Notes under the pieces: generated by a model
The model's input: only the letters and a program-made list of their open reading frames with translations
Told to the model about the DNA's origin: nothing
Databases searched by the model: none
Assembly (NCBI GenBank): GCA_965644295.1
Contig: CBFFRP010000669.1
Span: 1-61,647 of the forward strand
Length of the DNA: 61,647 nt
DNA from: Paraphysomonas bandaiensis
Taxonomy: Eukaryota > Protista > Chrysophyceae
Direction: 5' to 3'
Shown: piece after piece, positions 24,551-33,975 of the stretch
Numbering within the stretch: the stretch's first letter is position 1
How the letters are laid out: every line of letters starts with the position of its first letter
Position numbers and translations under genes: made by a program

Positions 24551-26059
24551 ATGAGTATAATTAATTATTATTTGCCTTTTACTAGTGAAATACTTTTTAC
24601 AACAATATTGTTACAAAATATATCAGATTCGATATATACAATTAATAAAAAGGAAGAAAATCATGAAGATTTTTTAGATACTTTTTTTATGTTTATGCTT
24701 CTAATAATACTCACTTACAGCAATAATTTTTTTGTAGCTTGTAATGATTTTTTGTTTGTTTATGATTTAAATATTAAAACAATAAAATTATTTGTTTTAT
24801 GGTTTTGTTTTTTATCATATATTTTGATTTGGCGAAGTTTTCGTTTGCAAGGTCTAATTTTTTTTGAGTACAATTTAATTTACTTGATGGCAATATTAGC
24901 TTTACTTAATATATCTTCTTCTTTTAACTTAATTTCATTATATTTAAGTTTAGAGTTTCAATCAATAAGTTTTTATGTTTTAGCAGCCATGCATAGAAAA
25001 TCTATTTTTTCAAGTGAAGCAGGTTTAAAATATTTTATTTCAAGTTCTTTAATGTCTGGTATTTTTTTACTAGGTTCGGTACTTATATATGGGAGTTTAG
25101 GTACTACGCAATTTAAAGAAATGTATTTAATATTTAATTATATTTTAACAATTAATTACTTGCCAGTAATTATTTGTGCGTTAAGTGGAATTATTTGTAT
25201 TTTTATTACAATATTATTTAAACTTGTAATTTCACCATTTCATTTATGGTTTCCTCAAATTTATGATGGGTCACCTTTAGGATCAACAATTATATTTTCA
25301 ACAATTCCTAAAATTATATTATTTGCTTTATTAATAAAAGTTTGGTCAATTTTAGCTACAATATTTAGTGGTATAGAAGCTCTTTTTTTTTTAATTGGTG
25401 CTTATTCAATTTTTTTTGGAAATTTAAAATTGATAAAGCAAGAACGAGTAAAAAAGTTTTATATTTACAGTTCTATTAGTCAAATGGGGTTGCTTATTTG
25501 TGCTGTAGTTAATAGTACAGTAGATTCTCACACAGCAATTTATTTTTTATTAATTGCATATTTAATTTCATCTATTATATTGTGGGGTGTACTTGTGTTA
25601 ATAAATTACAATCAAAATAGAACTAATGAGTTAAATAAAAATAATATTAAACCTTTATTTTTATCTTTGTTAAGTAATTTTTTTAAACAAAATTCTATTT
25701 TATCTATATTATATTTATTTGTTTTTTTTTCTTTAGCTGCTATACCACCATTTATTGGTTTTTTAAGTAAAGTTTCTATTTTTTTAACTTTAATTAGTAA
25801 ATTAAAATATGAAATTTCAGCTATAATAATTTATTTAAGTGTTTTTGGTATTTATTATTATATTAAATTCTTAAAAATTATTTTTTTTGAAAATTTAAAA
25901 AAGAGTACTGATAAGGTAGAGCATAGTTTTTTTAGTGTATCATATTTGTCAATTGATTGTTTTATTTTGTCTTTAGCTTTATTTTTTTTAATTTTTTTTG
26001 GTTTTTACCCTAATTTACTTTTTTTATGCTGTCTAAAGTTGAGTTTATATTCTTTTTAA
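24551..26059 (+). CDS. nad2: NADH dehydrogenase subunit 2
   Basis: Motifs SSEAGLKYF, FKLVISPFHLWFPQIYDGSP and SLAAIPPFIGFLSK. Confidence 0.95.
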   Translation: MSIINYYLPFTSEILFTTILLQNISDSIYTINKKEENHEDFLDTFFMFMLLIILTYSNNFFVACNDFLFVYDLNIKTIKLFVLWFCFLSYILIWRSFRLQGLIFFEYNLIYLMAILALLNISSSFNLISLYLSLEFQSISFYVLAAMHRKSIFSSEAGLKYFISSSLMSGIFLLGSVLIYGSLGTTQFKEMYLIFNYILTINYLPVIICALSGIICIFITILFKLVISPFHLWFPQIYDGSPLGSTIIFSTIPKIILFALLIKVWSILATIFSGIEALFFLIGAYSIFFGNLKLIKQERVKKFYIYSSISQMGLLICAVVNSTVDSHTAIYFLLIAYLISSIILWGVLVLINYNQNRTNELNKNNIKPLFLSLLSNFFKQNSILSILYLFVFFSLAAIPPFIGFLSKVSIFLTLISKLKYEISAIIIYLSVFGIYYYIKFLKIIFFENLKKSTDKVEHSFFSVSYLSIDCFILSLALFFLIFFGFYPNLLFLCCLKLSLYSF

Positions 26060-26122
26060 TTAGATATATTTTTCAAAAATAAAAACCGATTTTAAAAAAA
26101 ATGAATTTAGAAGTATTTAAAT

Positions 26123-26344
26123 TTAACTAAATAAAACTAAAAATGTAATCATTAAAGTAAATAATGCAATTGCTTCTGTTAAAGCAAATCCTAGCATTGC
26201 TACTCTAAATAAGTCGTCTTTAATAAAAGGATTTAATGATGTAGAAACTAATAAACTAGCAAATACAACTCCAATTCCTAAACCACAACCTGCTAATCCA
26301 CTTGTACTTAAACCTGCTCCAATTTTTTGAGATGCTTCTAACAT
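26123..26344 (-). CDS. atp9: ATP synthase subunit 9 (c)
   Basis: IGAGL...GLAGCGLGIG glycine motif and LGFALTEAIALF. Confidence 0.97.
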   Translation of the reverse strand: MLEASQKIGAGLSTSGLAGCGLGIGVVFASLLVSTSLNPFIKDDLFRVAMLGFALTEAIALFTLMITFLVLFS

Positions 26345-26479
26345 TCTTTTTTTAAAAAATATTAATTAAAATTTTATTTACCTTTATATTAATAAAAAAT
26401 TAATTTACAATTAAAAATTTGTATATTATCTAATATCTAGAATAATAATATTTATAATATTAGAATTAATTTTTATTTA

Positions 26480-26553
26480 GCCTTTTTCGTCTAATTTGGT
26501 AAGGACCTTGCTTTTTCACAGCAAAAATGTGGGTTCAAATCCCATAAAAGGTA
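26480..26553 (+). tRNA. trnE: tRNA-Glu(UUC)
   Basis: Cloverleaf with loop TTTTCAC. Confidence 0.92.
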
Positions 26554-26566
26554 TTAGCTTTTTTTT

Positions 26567-26648
26567 ACTTATTTGGCGAAATTGGTATACGCGGCAGATT
26601 TAAAATCTGCTCTCTTAGGAGGTGTTGGTTCAAGTCCAATAGTAAGTA
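26567..26648 (+). tRNA. trnL: tRNA-Leu(UAA)
   Basis: Loop TTTAAAA and a long variable arm. Confidence 0.92.
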
Positions 26649-26658
26649 TTTTTTAAAA

Positions 26659-26730
26659 GACTAAATAGCATAATTGGTAATGTCGAAGATTGCAAATCTT
26701 TTTATAAGGGTTCAAATCCCTTTTTAGTCT
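26659..26730 (+). tRNA. trnC: tRNA-Cys(GCA)
   Basis: Loop TTGCAAA. Confidence 0.92.
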
Positions 26731-26736
26731 TTTTTA

Positions 26737-26809
26737 GAGAAAATAGCTCAGTGGTTAGAGTATTAGCCTGTCACGTTAAAAGTCGCGGGTTCAAATCCCG
26801 TTTTTCTCG
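26737..26809 (+). tRNA. trnD: tRNA-Asp(GUC)
   Basis: Loop CTGTCAC. Confidence 0.93.
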
Positions 26810-26821
26810 AGTTTATACTAA

Positions 26822-26911
26822 AGAATGGTGGCTGAGTGGTTTAAAGCGGTGGTTTGCTAAACCATTGTATAAATAAATTTTATACCATGGGTTCGAATCC
26901 CATTCATTCTA
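26822..26911 (+). tRNA. trnS: tRNA-Ser(GCU)
   Basis: Loop TTGCTAA and a long variable arm. Confidence 0.93.
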
Positions 26912-26922
26912 TTAAATTTTAT

Positions 26923-26995
26923 CGAAATGTAGCACAATTGGCAGTGTATCTGTTTTGGGAATAGAAGGTTATGTGTTCAAATCACATCATTTCGA
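26923..26995 (+). tRNA. trnP: tRNA-Pro(UGG)
   Basis: Loop TTTGGGA. Confidence 0.92.
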
Positions 26996-27010
26996 AAATT
27001 TGTTAAAAAT

Positions 27011-27096
27011 GGATAAATGGCTGAGTGGTTTAAAGTATTAGTCTTGAAAACTAACGTATTTAATAAATACCGTGGGTTCGAATCCCACTTTATCCT
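27011..27096 (+). tRNA. trnS: tRNA-Ser(UGA)
   Basis: Loop CTTGAAA and a long variable arm. Confidence 0.93.
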
Positions 27097-27110
27097 TTTT
27101 AATACTTTTT

Positions 27111-27182
27111 GGCAGAATGTAGTAGTTGGTAACTTAATAGGCTCATAACCTAGAGTCGTGGGTTCGATCCCCACTTTTGCTT
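27111..27182 (+). tRNA. trnM: tRNA-Met(CAU), copy 1
   Basis: Anticodon arm TAGG-CTCATAA-CCTA. Confidence 0.88.
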
Positions 27183-27190
27183 AAAACAAA

Positions 27191-27263
27191 GGGGAAATAA
27201 CTTAATTGGTAGAGTGTATGCTTTGCAAGCATAAAGTTGTCGGTTCAAATCCGATTTTCTCCA
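27191..27263 (+). tRNA. trnA: tRNA-Ala(UGC)
   Basis: Loop TTTGCAA and the G3:U70 pair. Confidence 0.94.
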
Positions 27264-27270
27264 TATAATT

Positions 27271-27343
27271 GAATATATAGCTCAGTGGTTAGAGCGTTGA
27301 ACTTTTAATTCAAGGGTCTTGGGTTCGAATCCCAATATATTCA
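27271..27343 (+). tRNA. trnK: tRNA-Lys(UUU)
   Basis: Loop CTTTTAA. Confidence 0.93.
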
Positions 27344-27361
27344 TATAAGAAGTAAAAATTT

Positions 27362-27433
27362 GGCAAAATATAGTAGTTGGTAACTTAATAGGCTCATAAC
27401 CTAGAGTCGTGGGTTCGATCCCCACTTTTGCTT
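27362..27433 (+). tRNA. trnM: tRNA-Met(CAU), copy 2
   Basis: Differs from copy 1 at two positions. Confidence 0.88.
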
Positions 27434-27448
27434 TAATTTATTTCTATT

Positions 27449-27521
27449 AAATAGCTAACTCAATTGGTAGAGTGGCTCGCTTACAACGAGTAAGTTAGCG
27501 GTTCAAGTCCGCTGCTATTTA
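27449..27521 (+). tRNA. trnV: tRNA-Val(UAC)
   Basis: Loop CTTACAA. Confidence 0.93.
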
Positions 27522-27719
27522 AACTTATTAAGTATTAAGTTCTTTTTAATGACTTGCTGTTTTAAGAAGGGTATAAGTTTATAAGTGATTTTTATGCTAT
27601 ATTATAAAAAGCAAATAAAATAAATTAAGTTTAATAGTTGAAGTAAGTAAATTATTTTAAAAGTAATTAATTGGTTAGAGTTAAGTTTTATAAAAAAATC
27701 TTTAAAGGAGGAGTATTTT

Positions 27720-28165
27720 TTTAAATACTCTATAAAACTATAAAATAAAATACAATTTTGTAGGTGATACTCTGTAAAAATAATGTATAATTTTTAAATT
27801 GAGACTATTTAAATTGCTATATAAAATGCCTGTTTTTTAGAAATTACTCTATAAAACTATAGAGGGAAACGGAAATTTGCAGGGGGTACCCTACAAACTG
27901 TTTTGCAACTTTTCAATTTAGTGAAGAATTAAATAATGTTAAATGGGTTTTAAGCTTAATTTTTTTAAGGCATAATAATTTTATAAAAAAAACTTTTTAA
28001 ATTTATTTTTTTTCTATTTTAAAAATTAAAAGATTTAACTTTTGTAAAAAGCAAGTAATTTTAAAACAAATTTAGAAAAATTTAAAAATGTTTGTTTTTT
28101 AGAAATTACTCTATAAATTTATAGATAAAAATATAATTTTACAGGGAATACCCTGTAAAAATACT
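27720..28165 (-). repeat. Inverted partial copies of the 337-bp twin-hairpin unit, lying between convergent transcription units
   Basis: 27955-28160 is the reverse complement of ~48048-48260. Hairpins lie at ~27755, ~27876 and ~28137. Confidence 0.85.
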
Positions 28166-28278
28166 AAATAATTTTTAAAAAATAGTGGGTTTTTATATTT
28201 TAAAAACCTATTAATAGGAATTGAACCTAAAAAATGTATATATATGAATACTTAAATAAATTGAAAAGAATATTTTAA

Positions 28279-28611
28279 TTAAACTCCTTTTTTATAACCT
28301 GGAATAATACCAAAACCCATTAGTTCACGTAATAATACCCTTGATATTTTAAATTTTTGTAAAGTACCTCTATTACGGTTAGTAAATACACATCGTCGTA
28401 TTAATTTATTTTTTAGTCTTATTTTTTTTCTTGATAAAAATTGTAAATATAATTGTTTGTTATACTTTTTAAATAAAAGTTTGTTTTGCTTTACTTTTAA
28501 ATTTATTTTTTCAAATAAATTTATTTTTATAAAATTGTTTACAATTCTTTTTTTTTCTAATTTTTTAAAAAGGTTACGTAATTTTTGATCTTTAATTCGT
28601 TGTTTTTGCAT
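28279..28611 (-). CDS. rps14: Ribosomal protein S14
   Basis: RRCVFTNRNRG...FKISRVLLRE...IPGYKK. Confidence 0.92.
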   Translation of the reverse strand: MQKQRIKDQKLRNLFKKLEKKRIVNNFIKINLFEKINLKVKQNKLLFKKYNKQLYLQFLSRKKIRLKNKLIRRCVFTNRNRGTLQKFKISRVLLRELMGFGIIPGYKKGV

Positions 28612-28688
28612 TGTTTATAAAATTGTATGTTTCTAAATATAACTAAAAGCATAAAATACAAAATCACATATATTGTCTAGTATCTAAA

Positions 28689-29054
28689 TTATTCCCAATC
28701 TAATGCACCTATATAATAAGCATAATAAAATCCAATTCCTAATTCATAAATAAAATCAAACATTCCTTCCCAACTAGATGCTTTTAAAAAACTTATGCTG
28801 ACGCTCCAGGGTAAAAAGAATATTGTTTCTAAATCAAAAATTAAAAATAAAAGTGCAATTAAATAAAAACGTACATCAAAATAATTTCTAGCATCTTCAT
28901 ACGGATCAAATCCACATTCATATGCTGATAATTTTTCAAAATCAGGTTTAAAAGGAGATACACGGTATGAAATAAATAGAAGCAAAATAGCTATTGTTAA
29001 ACATAAAGAAAAAAATATAAAAAGATTATATAAATTTTCACTAAAATAAGTCAT
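28689..29054 (-). CDS. nad3: NADH dehydrogenase subunit 3
   Basis: EKLSAYECGFDP and FLIFDLE. Confidence 0.98.
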   Translation of the reverse strand: MTYFSENLYNLFIFFSLCLTIAILLLFISYRVSPFKPDFEKLSAYECGFDPYEDARNYFDVRFYLIALLFLIFDLETIFFLPWSVSISFLKASSWEGMFDFIYELGIGFYYAYYIGALDWE

Positions 29055-29069
29055 AATTATATTTTTATT

Positions 29070-29873
29070 TTATGCAGAGCCCCAAAGATAAAAAACAACA
29101 TATAAAAATAACCATACAACATCTACAAAATGCCAATACCAAGCTGCAGCTTCAAATCCAAAATGTTGTTCTCTTGTAAAATGGTCTAAAATTAACCTTA
29201 AAAGACAAACAATTAAAAAACATGTTCCAACAAAAACGTGAAAACCATGAAATCCAGTTGTTAAAAAAAAAATAGAACCATATACACTATCAGATATAGA
29301 GAAAGGAGCTGAATAATACTCAGCAACTTGGCATATGGTAAAAAGAATTGCTAAAAATATTGTAAGGTATAAACCAAAAAGTGCTGAAGTTTTATCTCCT
29401 AAAACAATAGCATGGTGTGATATTGTTAAGGATGCCCCAGATGTTAAAAGTAATAGAGTGTTAAGTAATGGAACTTCATATGGATCAATTACAACTAAAA
29501 ACATAGGTGGCCATACTCCACCTAATGCAATACTTGCATTGAAGCTTAAGTAAAAATAAGACCAAAAAAAAGCAAAAAAAAACATAATTTCAGAAACAAT
29601 AAAAAGAAGCATACCTAAAGCTAACCCTACTAAAACTTTTTCAGTGTGGAATCCTTCATAAACAGCTTCACGTATAACATCTCTCCACCAATTGCCTGTA
29701 GAATAAATTAAACTAAGTAATGCAATTTCAATTAAACCCCAACCCCCTTTATAATTATGAAAATACATAGCAAATCCAAATGTTAAACCTAATGCTCCAA
29801 TTGCACAAAAAATAGGCCACGGACTACTTCCAACTAAATGATAACTGTGTTTTTGACTATCTACTTTAATAAT
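29070..29873 (-). CDS. cox3: Cytochrome c oxidase subunit 3; start uncertain, no in-frame ATG at the true N-terminus
   Basis: Motifs TGFHGFHV and AAAWYWHFVDVVW. The frame stays open upstream of 29768 and encodes QKHSYHLVGSSPWP, up to a TAA at 29877-29879. Confidence 0.95.
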   Translation of the reverse strand: MIKVDSQKHSYHLVGSSPWPIFCAIGALGLTFGFAMYFHNYKGGWGLIEIALLSLIYSTGNWWRDVIREAVYEGFHTEKVLVGLALGMLLFIVSEIMFFFAFFWSYFYLSFNASIALGGVWPPMFLVVIDPYEVPLLNTLLLLTSGASLTISHHAIVLGDKTSALFGLYLTIFLAILFTICQVAEYYSAPFSISDSVYGSIFFLTTGFHGFHVFVGTCFLIVCLLRLILDHFTREQHFGFEAAAWYWHFVDVVWLFLYVVFYLWGSA

Positions 29874-30149
29874 ACATTAATTAAAAAAAATAAATTTTTT
29901 ACCGATAATTATAAAATTACAATCCACTTAATTAGAAATAAATTAAAGTTTATAAATTAAATATATTTAATTATAAATAAATGGTTTTTTATTTATAATC
30001 TACATAAAAAGCTTAGAAATTTATAGTACCTATAAAAACGTAAAGGACGATAGGATTGTTCGAGTATAATTTGACCTTTTTGGTTATATCGAATAATGTT
30101 AGTAAATAATATTTTATTATTTTTATAACTCATATTTATTTTTTATATT

Positions 30150-30785
30150 TTACCACCTAAAATGGGCATTTGATCGGTTTTTATAAGCATTTAAATTATT
30201 AGCTTCTATTTGAGTTATAGCCCAACATGTTTTATTTGTAAGGGTTGTATAAATTTCAATAAACAACTTTTTTTTTAAAGAATTTTTAATCTTTTTTTTC
30301 TTTACAGCACTTAATAACCATTTTATGGATAAAAAAAATCGACGGGTTATTTTAATAAAAACAGGTATTATACTAATACGGCGTTTAAATCGAATCTGCC
30401 TTAATTCAACTCGAGTATGCAATCTTAAAAATAGCTTTAATAAAATAAAATTGCGTGACACACCTAATTTTTTTGATAACATAAAAAATACTGTAGATAT
30501 TGCATTTTCCCAAAATGCTTTTTTACCAGAATAAAAAATAAAACAAATAAATTTTTTATATAAATTAAAATGATTAATTGTAGATAATTGATGACATTCC
30601 TTATTATAGTGCCAAAGTGACTTAATGTACTTTTTTTCTAAAATTGAAGTAGGTAATTTTTTACTGAAATAAATTTTATTATGTTTTACATTTAATAAAT
30701 GTATTAGTTTATTACAATGATTTATTTGTTTAAATTGTATTTTTAATTTTAAAAGACAGAAACTTTTATTTAGCTTATTTATCAT
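30150..30785 (-). CDS. rps7: Ribosomal protein S7
   Basis: SGKKA motif and C-terminal AYKNRSNAHFRW. Confidence 0.9.
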   Translation of the reverse strand: MINKLNKSFCLLKLKIQFKQINHCNKLIHLLNVKHNKIYFSKKLPTSILEKKYIKSLWHYNKECHQLSTINHFNLYKKFICFIFYSGKKAFWENAISTVFFMLSKKLGVSRNFILLKLFLRLHTRVELRQIRFKRRISIIPVFIKITRRFFLSIKWLLSAVKKKKIKNSLKKKLFIEIYTTLTNKTCWAITQIEANNLNAYKNRSNAHFRW

Positions 30786-30854
30786 ATAATTATTTATTAT
30801 TAAAAATTTTAAATTAAAATAAATCTATTTATATATATATACAAATAAATTATA

Positions 30855-31805
30855 TTATTTATTTAAATAATTTTTAAATTTATAATAACATAAAGGTTCT
30901 TTAATTATTGTATTTAAATCCATTAATTTAAAATTTGTTGGATCTTTTAATATAATTACGTTATTTAAATAATAATCAATTTCATAATGTGATGGAATAT
31001 GGATAACATTTAAATATTTTTGACGTATTTTTTTTAAAGAATAACTATTTTTTGAGTTAATTTTTATTATATCACCTTGTTTTAAAAAGACATTAAAATT
31101 TAATATTTTAGAAGCATTAAAAAAAGCATTAAATTTACGAAAAACTTTTATTTCTTTATTTCTAATAGCATATCTAGCTAAAAAGGGACTATTATAAATA
31201 CATAAACGCCATAAAAAGATATCAATACGATACTCCGGAGTAGTAAATAATTTAGCTAAGCTATAATTACGGGAATTATTTTTAGCAAATAAACGTTTAA
31301 AAAATGAAATAGAAAAAAGACCTTTAAAATATTTCATAAAAGCTATTTTCATATATAAGTTATCTTTAAATATAAATTTAGCACGTTTCCAAAATAATGT
31401 TTTAATTTTTATTTGAATAAAATTAAAAAAAAAATTATTTAATATTAATTGTTTTTTCTGCTCAATAATACTTAAATTTTTTTTTAAATTTAATTTTTTT
31501 TGTAAAAATAAAATTTGTTTTTTACGAAATTTATTCGTTAGTTTTTTTAAAAGAATTAAAAAAGAATTTGAAAATATAAATTTTTGTTTTATTTTTATTT
31601 TTAATAAAGCAATATTTTTTAAATACTGTTCTTTATTTTTTTTCTTATATACTTTTGAAAAAAAAGTTATATTTTTTTTAATAATATTTATTTTTTTTAT
31701 TATACCTTTCCATTTAGTACGTTTAAACCTTAAAATTCGCTTTGAAAAAAAATAAGGAAAAATATGTTTTTTATTAGTAAATTTATATTTATTAAATACA
31801 CGCAT
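30855..31805 (-). CDS. rps4: Ribosomal protein S4 (long, Lys-rich insertion)
   Basis: RILRFKRTKW, EYRIDIFLWR, LKQGDII and EIDYY. Confidence 0.85.
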   Translation of the reverse strand: MRVFNKYKFTNKKHIFPYFFSKRILRFKRTKWKGIIKKINIIKKNITFFSKVYKKKNKEQYLKNIALLKIKIKQKFIFSNSFLILLKKLTNKFRKKQILFLQKKLNLKKNLSIIEQKKQLILNNFFFNFIQIKIKTLFWKRAKFIFKDNLYMKIAFMKYFKGLFSISFFKRLFAKNNSRNYSLAKLFTTPEYRIDIFLWRLCIYNSPFLARYAIRNKEIKVFRKFNAFFNASKILNFNVFLKQGDIIKINSKNSYSLKKIRQKYLNVIHIPSHYEIDYYLNNVIILKDPTNFKLMDLNTIIKEPLCYYKFKNYLNK

Positions 31806-31808
31806 AAT

Positions 31809-32378
31809 TTATTTTTTAAAAATTTTAATTAAAATTAAACCAATAAAAATTAATTTTTTAAAATCAGTTAAATCATTATAAATTTTATATGTACCAAAAT
31901 TTAAAAAACTGTCATAAGAATTTATCTCTTGAATTAAAAAAAAATTTTTATTAAATAAATTTTGACAATCATTAAAATTTAATTTTTTATCTAATGTTAA
32001 AATATTTTTATGATTTGATTGATTAATTCGTACTGGAAAAAAATTTTTTATTTTTAAAGGTATTTTAATTTTATAATGTTTAAATAATAATTTTAATAAT
32101 TTTATATTTTGATAGTTTGTAGACCAAATATACATAAAAAAAGATAATGATTTAAAAGTTAAAGCTTTTTTTATATATAAATACAGTCTAATAAATTGTT
32201 TAAAGCTTTTTAATAAATCATATAATAATAAATGCAATAAATATTTTTTTTTAGAAAATATAATTTTTTCAAGAAAGAAATTTGATATTTTTTTGCTTGA
32301 AGAACTTAACAAAATAAAATCAAAAAAGATTAAGTTATAAAATAAGTTTTTGTGTAAAGTATTATTAAAATGTTTCAT
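31809..32378 (-). CDS. rps2: Probable divergent ribosomal protein S2
   Basis: Based on the rps8-rpl6-[ORF]-rps4 order typical of stramenopile mtDNA, LLKSFKQFIR and the C-terminal YKIYND. Similarity is weak. Confidence 0.65.
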   Translation of the reverse strand: MKHFNNTLHKNLFYNLIFFDFILLSSSSKKISNFFLEKIIFSKKKYLLHLLLYDLLKSFKQFIRLYLYIKKALTFKSLSFFMYIWSTNYQNIKLLKLLFKHYKIKIPLKIKNFFPVRINQSNHKNILTLDKKLNFNDCQNLFNKNFFLIQEINSYDSFLNFGTYKIYNDLTDFKKLIFIGLILIKIFKK

Positions 32379-32980
32379 ATTTTTTTTATTTCTTTTAATT
32401 CAATTTTATTATCGCTTTTTAAAAAAAACCCTTTGCCAGTATATAAATTTAACGGTTTTAAATTTTTTAATTTATGGCTATAATTATAAACTTCAATTTG
32501 ATTATAACCTTCTATAATTACTTTTTTTTTAAAAATAGATACAACTATAGTTTTAGGTATTGATAAATAGATTAAATGACTGAAACCTAATTTTAATTGT
32601 AAACAATTATTATCTTTAAATGTAACTTTTAAACCTGCCCCACGAATAATTAATATTTTAAAACATTTTTTTTTAAAGCTTTTACATAAATGTAATAAAT
32701 TGTTTAAAACAAAAAAAATATTATGCTTATATGCGGAAACATATTTTTGAGTGCTATCAAAAAATTTGGTATTTTCTTTTTTTTTTAAAGAAAGGGAATT
32801 TGAAAAATTAAAAATAAGTTTAAATTTTTCTTTTTTTATTGAAAAATAATTTGGAATTAAAAAATATTTATTAACTCCAGTAGAAGAGATAAATATTAAA
32901 AATTTTTTTTTATTAATAAATATAAATTTTATTAAAATTGATTTAGGAATTATAATAGTTTTAAATTTTTGATTGATCAT
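32375..32980 (-). CDS. rpl6: Ribosomal protein L6
   Basis: LKLGFSH and KPLNLYTGKG. Confidence 0.92.
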   Translation of the reverse strand: MINQKFKTIIIPKSILIKFIFINKKKFLIFISSTGVNKYFLIPNYFSIKKEKFKLIFNFSNSLSLKKKENTKFFDSTQKYVSAYKHNIFFVLNNLLHLCKSFKKKCFKILIIRGAGLKVTFKDNNCLQLKLGFSHLIYLSIPKTIVVSIFKKKVIIEGYNQIEVYNYSHKLKNLKPLNLYTGKGFFLKSDNKIELKEIKKI

Positions 32981-32981
32981 A

Positions 32982-33374
32982 TTATTTTACATAAAAAAAT
33001 AATTTGCCACCTATTTTTTTCTTTTTGCATTCAAAACTATTTAAAAAACCTTTGTTTGTAGAAAAAACAAGGACTGACTTTTTTTCATAAATTTTACAAA
33101 TTTCTTTAAATGTTAAAAACATTGACCATGATGGTTTTGAAACAATTTTTAAATTACTTAAATTACTTAAATTTAAAGTATATTTTAAAACAATAACTAA
33201 AGAAAATTTTCCTTGAACAGTTTTATAAATCCAAAAATCTTGAATTAACCCTTCTTTATATAATATTTTAGCTAATTTTATAAAAAATTGATTAAAAAAA
33301 CAAAAAACTAATTCTTTTTTAAATAAAGACGCATTCTTTAAAGCAATTAAAAATTTTACTGCATTATTATGCAT
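32982..33374 (-). CDS. rps8: Ribosomal protein S8
   Basis: LYKEGLI, VSKPS and STNKG...IGGKL. Confidence 0.93.
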   Translation of the reverse strand: MHNNAVKFLIALKNASLFKKELVFCFFNQFFIKLAKILYKEGLIQDFWIYKTVQGKFSLVIVLKYTLNLSNLSNLKIVSKPSWSMFLTFKEICKIYEKKSVLVFSTNKGFLNSFECKKKKIGGKLFFYVK

Positions 33375-33390
33375 AATAATATTAGATACT

Positions 33391-33463
33391 TGCTTAAAAG
33401 CGGATTCGAACCACTGACCTATGGATTTTCAATCCACTACTCTACCAACTGAGCTATTTAAGC
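33391..33463 (-). tRNA. trnF: tRNA-Phe(GAA)
   Basis: Loop TTGAAAA. Confidence 0.93.
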
Positions 33464-33487
33464 AATTTAATGTTTTATAATAAGTTA

Positions 33488-33559
33488 ATGGAATAGAAAG
33501 ATTCGAACTTTCAATACAGCGCTTCAAAAACGCATGCCTTACCATTTGGCTATATTCCA
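33488..33559 (-). tRNA. trnQ: tRNA-Gln(UUG)
   Basis: Begins TGGAATATAGCCAAATGGTAAGGC; loop TTTTGAA. Confidence 0.9.
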
Positions 33560-33600
33560 ATCACATAAATATAAAAATTAACACGTAAGCTTGTTAAATA

Positions 33601-33683
33601 TGCTATGAAAGGGATTTGAACCCCTACTTTTATAAAAAATTAGAGCCTAAATCTAATGTGTCTACCAATTTCACCACCATAGC
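33601..33683 (-). tRNA. trnL: tRNA-Leu(UAG)
   Basis: Loop TTTAGGC and a long variable arm. Confidence 0.92.
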
Positions 33684-33695
33684 TATATCTTTTTA

Positions 33696-33778
33696 TGAAA
33701 AAAGTAGGATTCGAACCTACGTAGGCAATAACCAATAGATTTACAATCTATCGCCGTTAACCACTTGGCTATTTTTTC
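33696..33778 (-). tRNA. trnY: tRNA-Tyr(GUA)
   Basis: Loop TTGTAAA and a long variable arm. Confidence 0.93.
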
Positions 33779-33795
33779 AAATTTAAACTCTTTTA

Positions 33796-33867
33796 CTCTT
33801 CAAATAGGATTTGAACCTATAACCTAACGGTTAACAGCCGTTTGCTCTACCTTTAAGCTATTGAAGA
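33796..33867 (-). tRNA. trnN: tRNA-Asn(GUU)
   Basis: Loop CTGTTAA. Confidence 0.93.
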
Positions 33868-33975
33868 TTTATTTTTAAATACTTACTACTATATATTAAA
33901 TAATTATTAAAATACTTTAATAAAAATAATTTTTCTATAATTAACTATTAAAAAATCAAAAACTTAACTTATAAA

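Noticed and set aside
28205-28230. T-arm-like TAGGTTCAATTCCTA on the minus strand
   Set aside because: Only a 3' fragment is present and no cloverleaf can be built; at most a tRNA relic.
30002-30016. ACATAAAAAGCTTA as the RNase P CR-V motif
   Set aside because: Spacing is one base short and there is no upstream GGAAAGTC partner.
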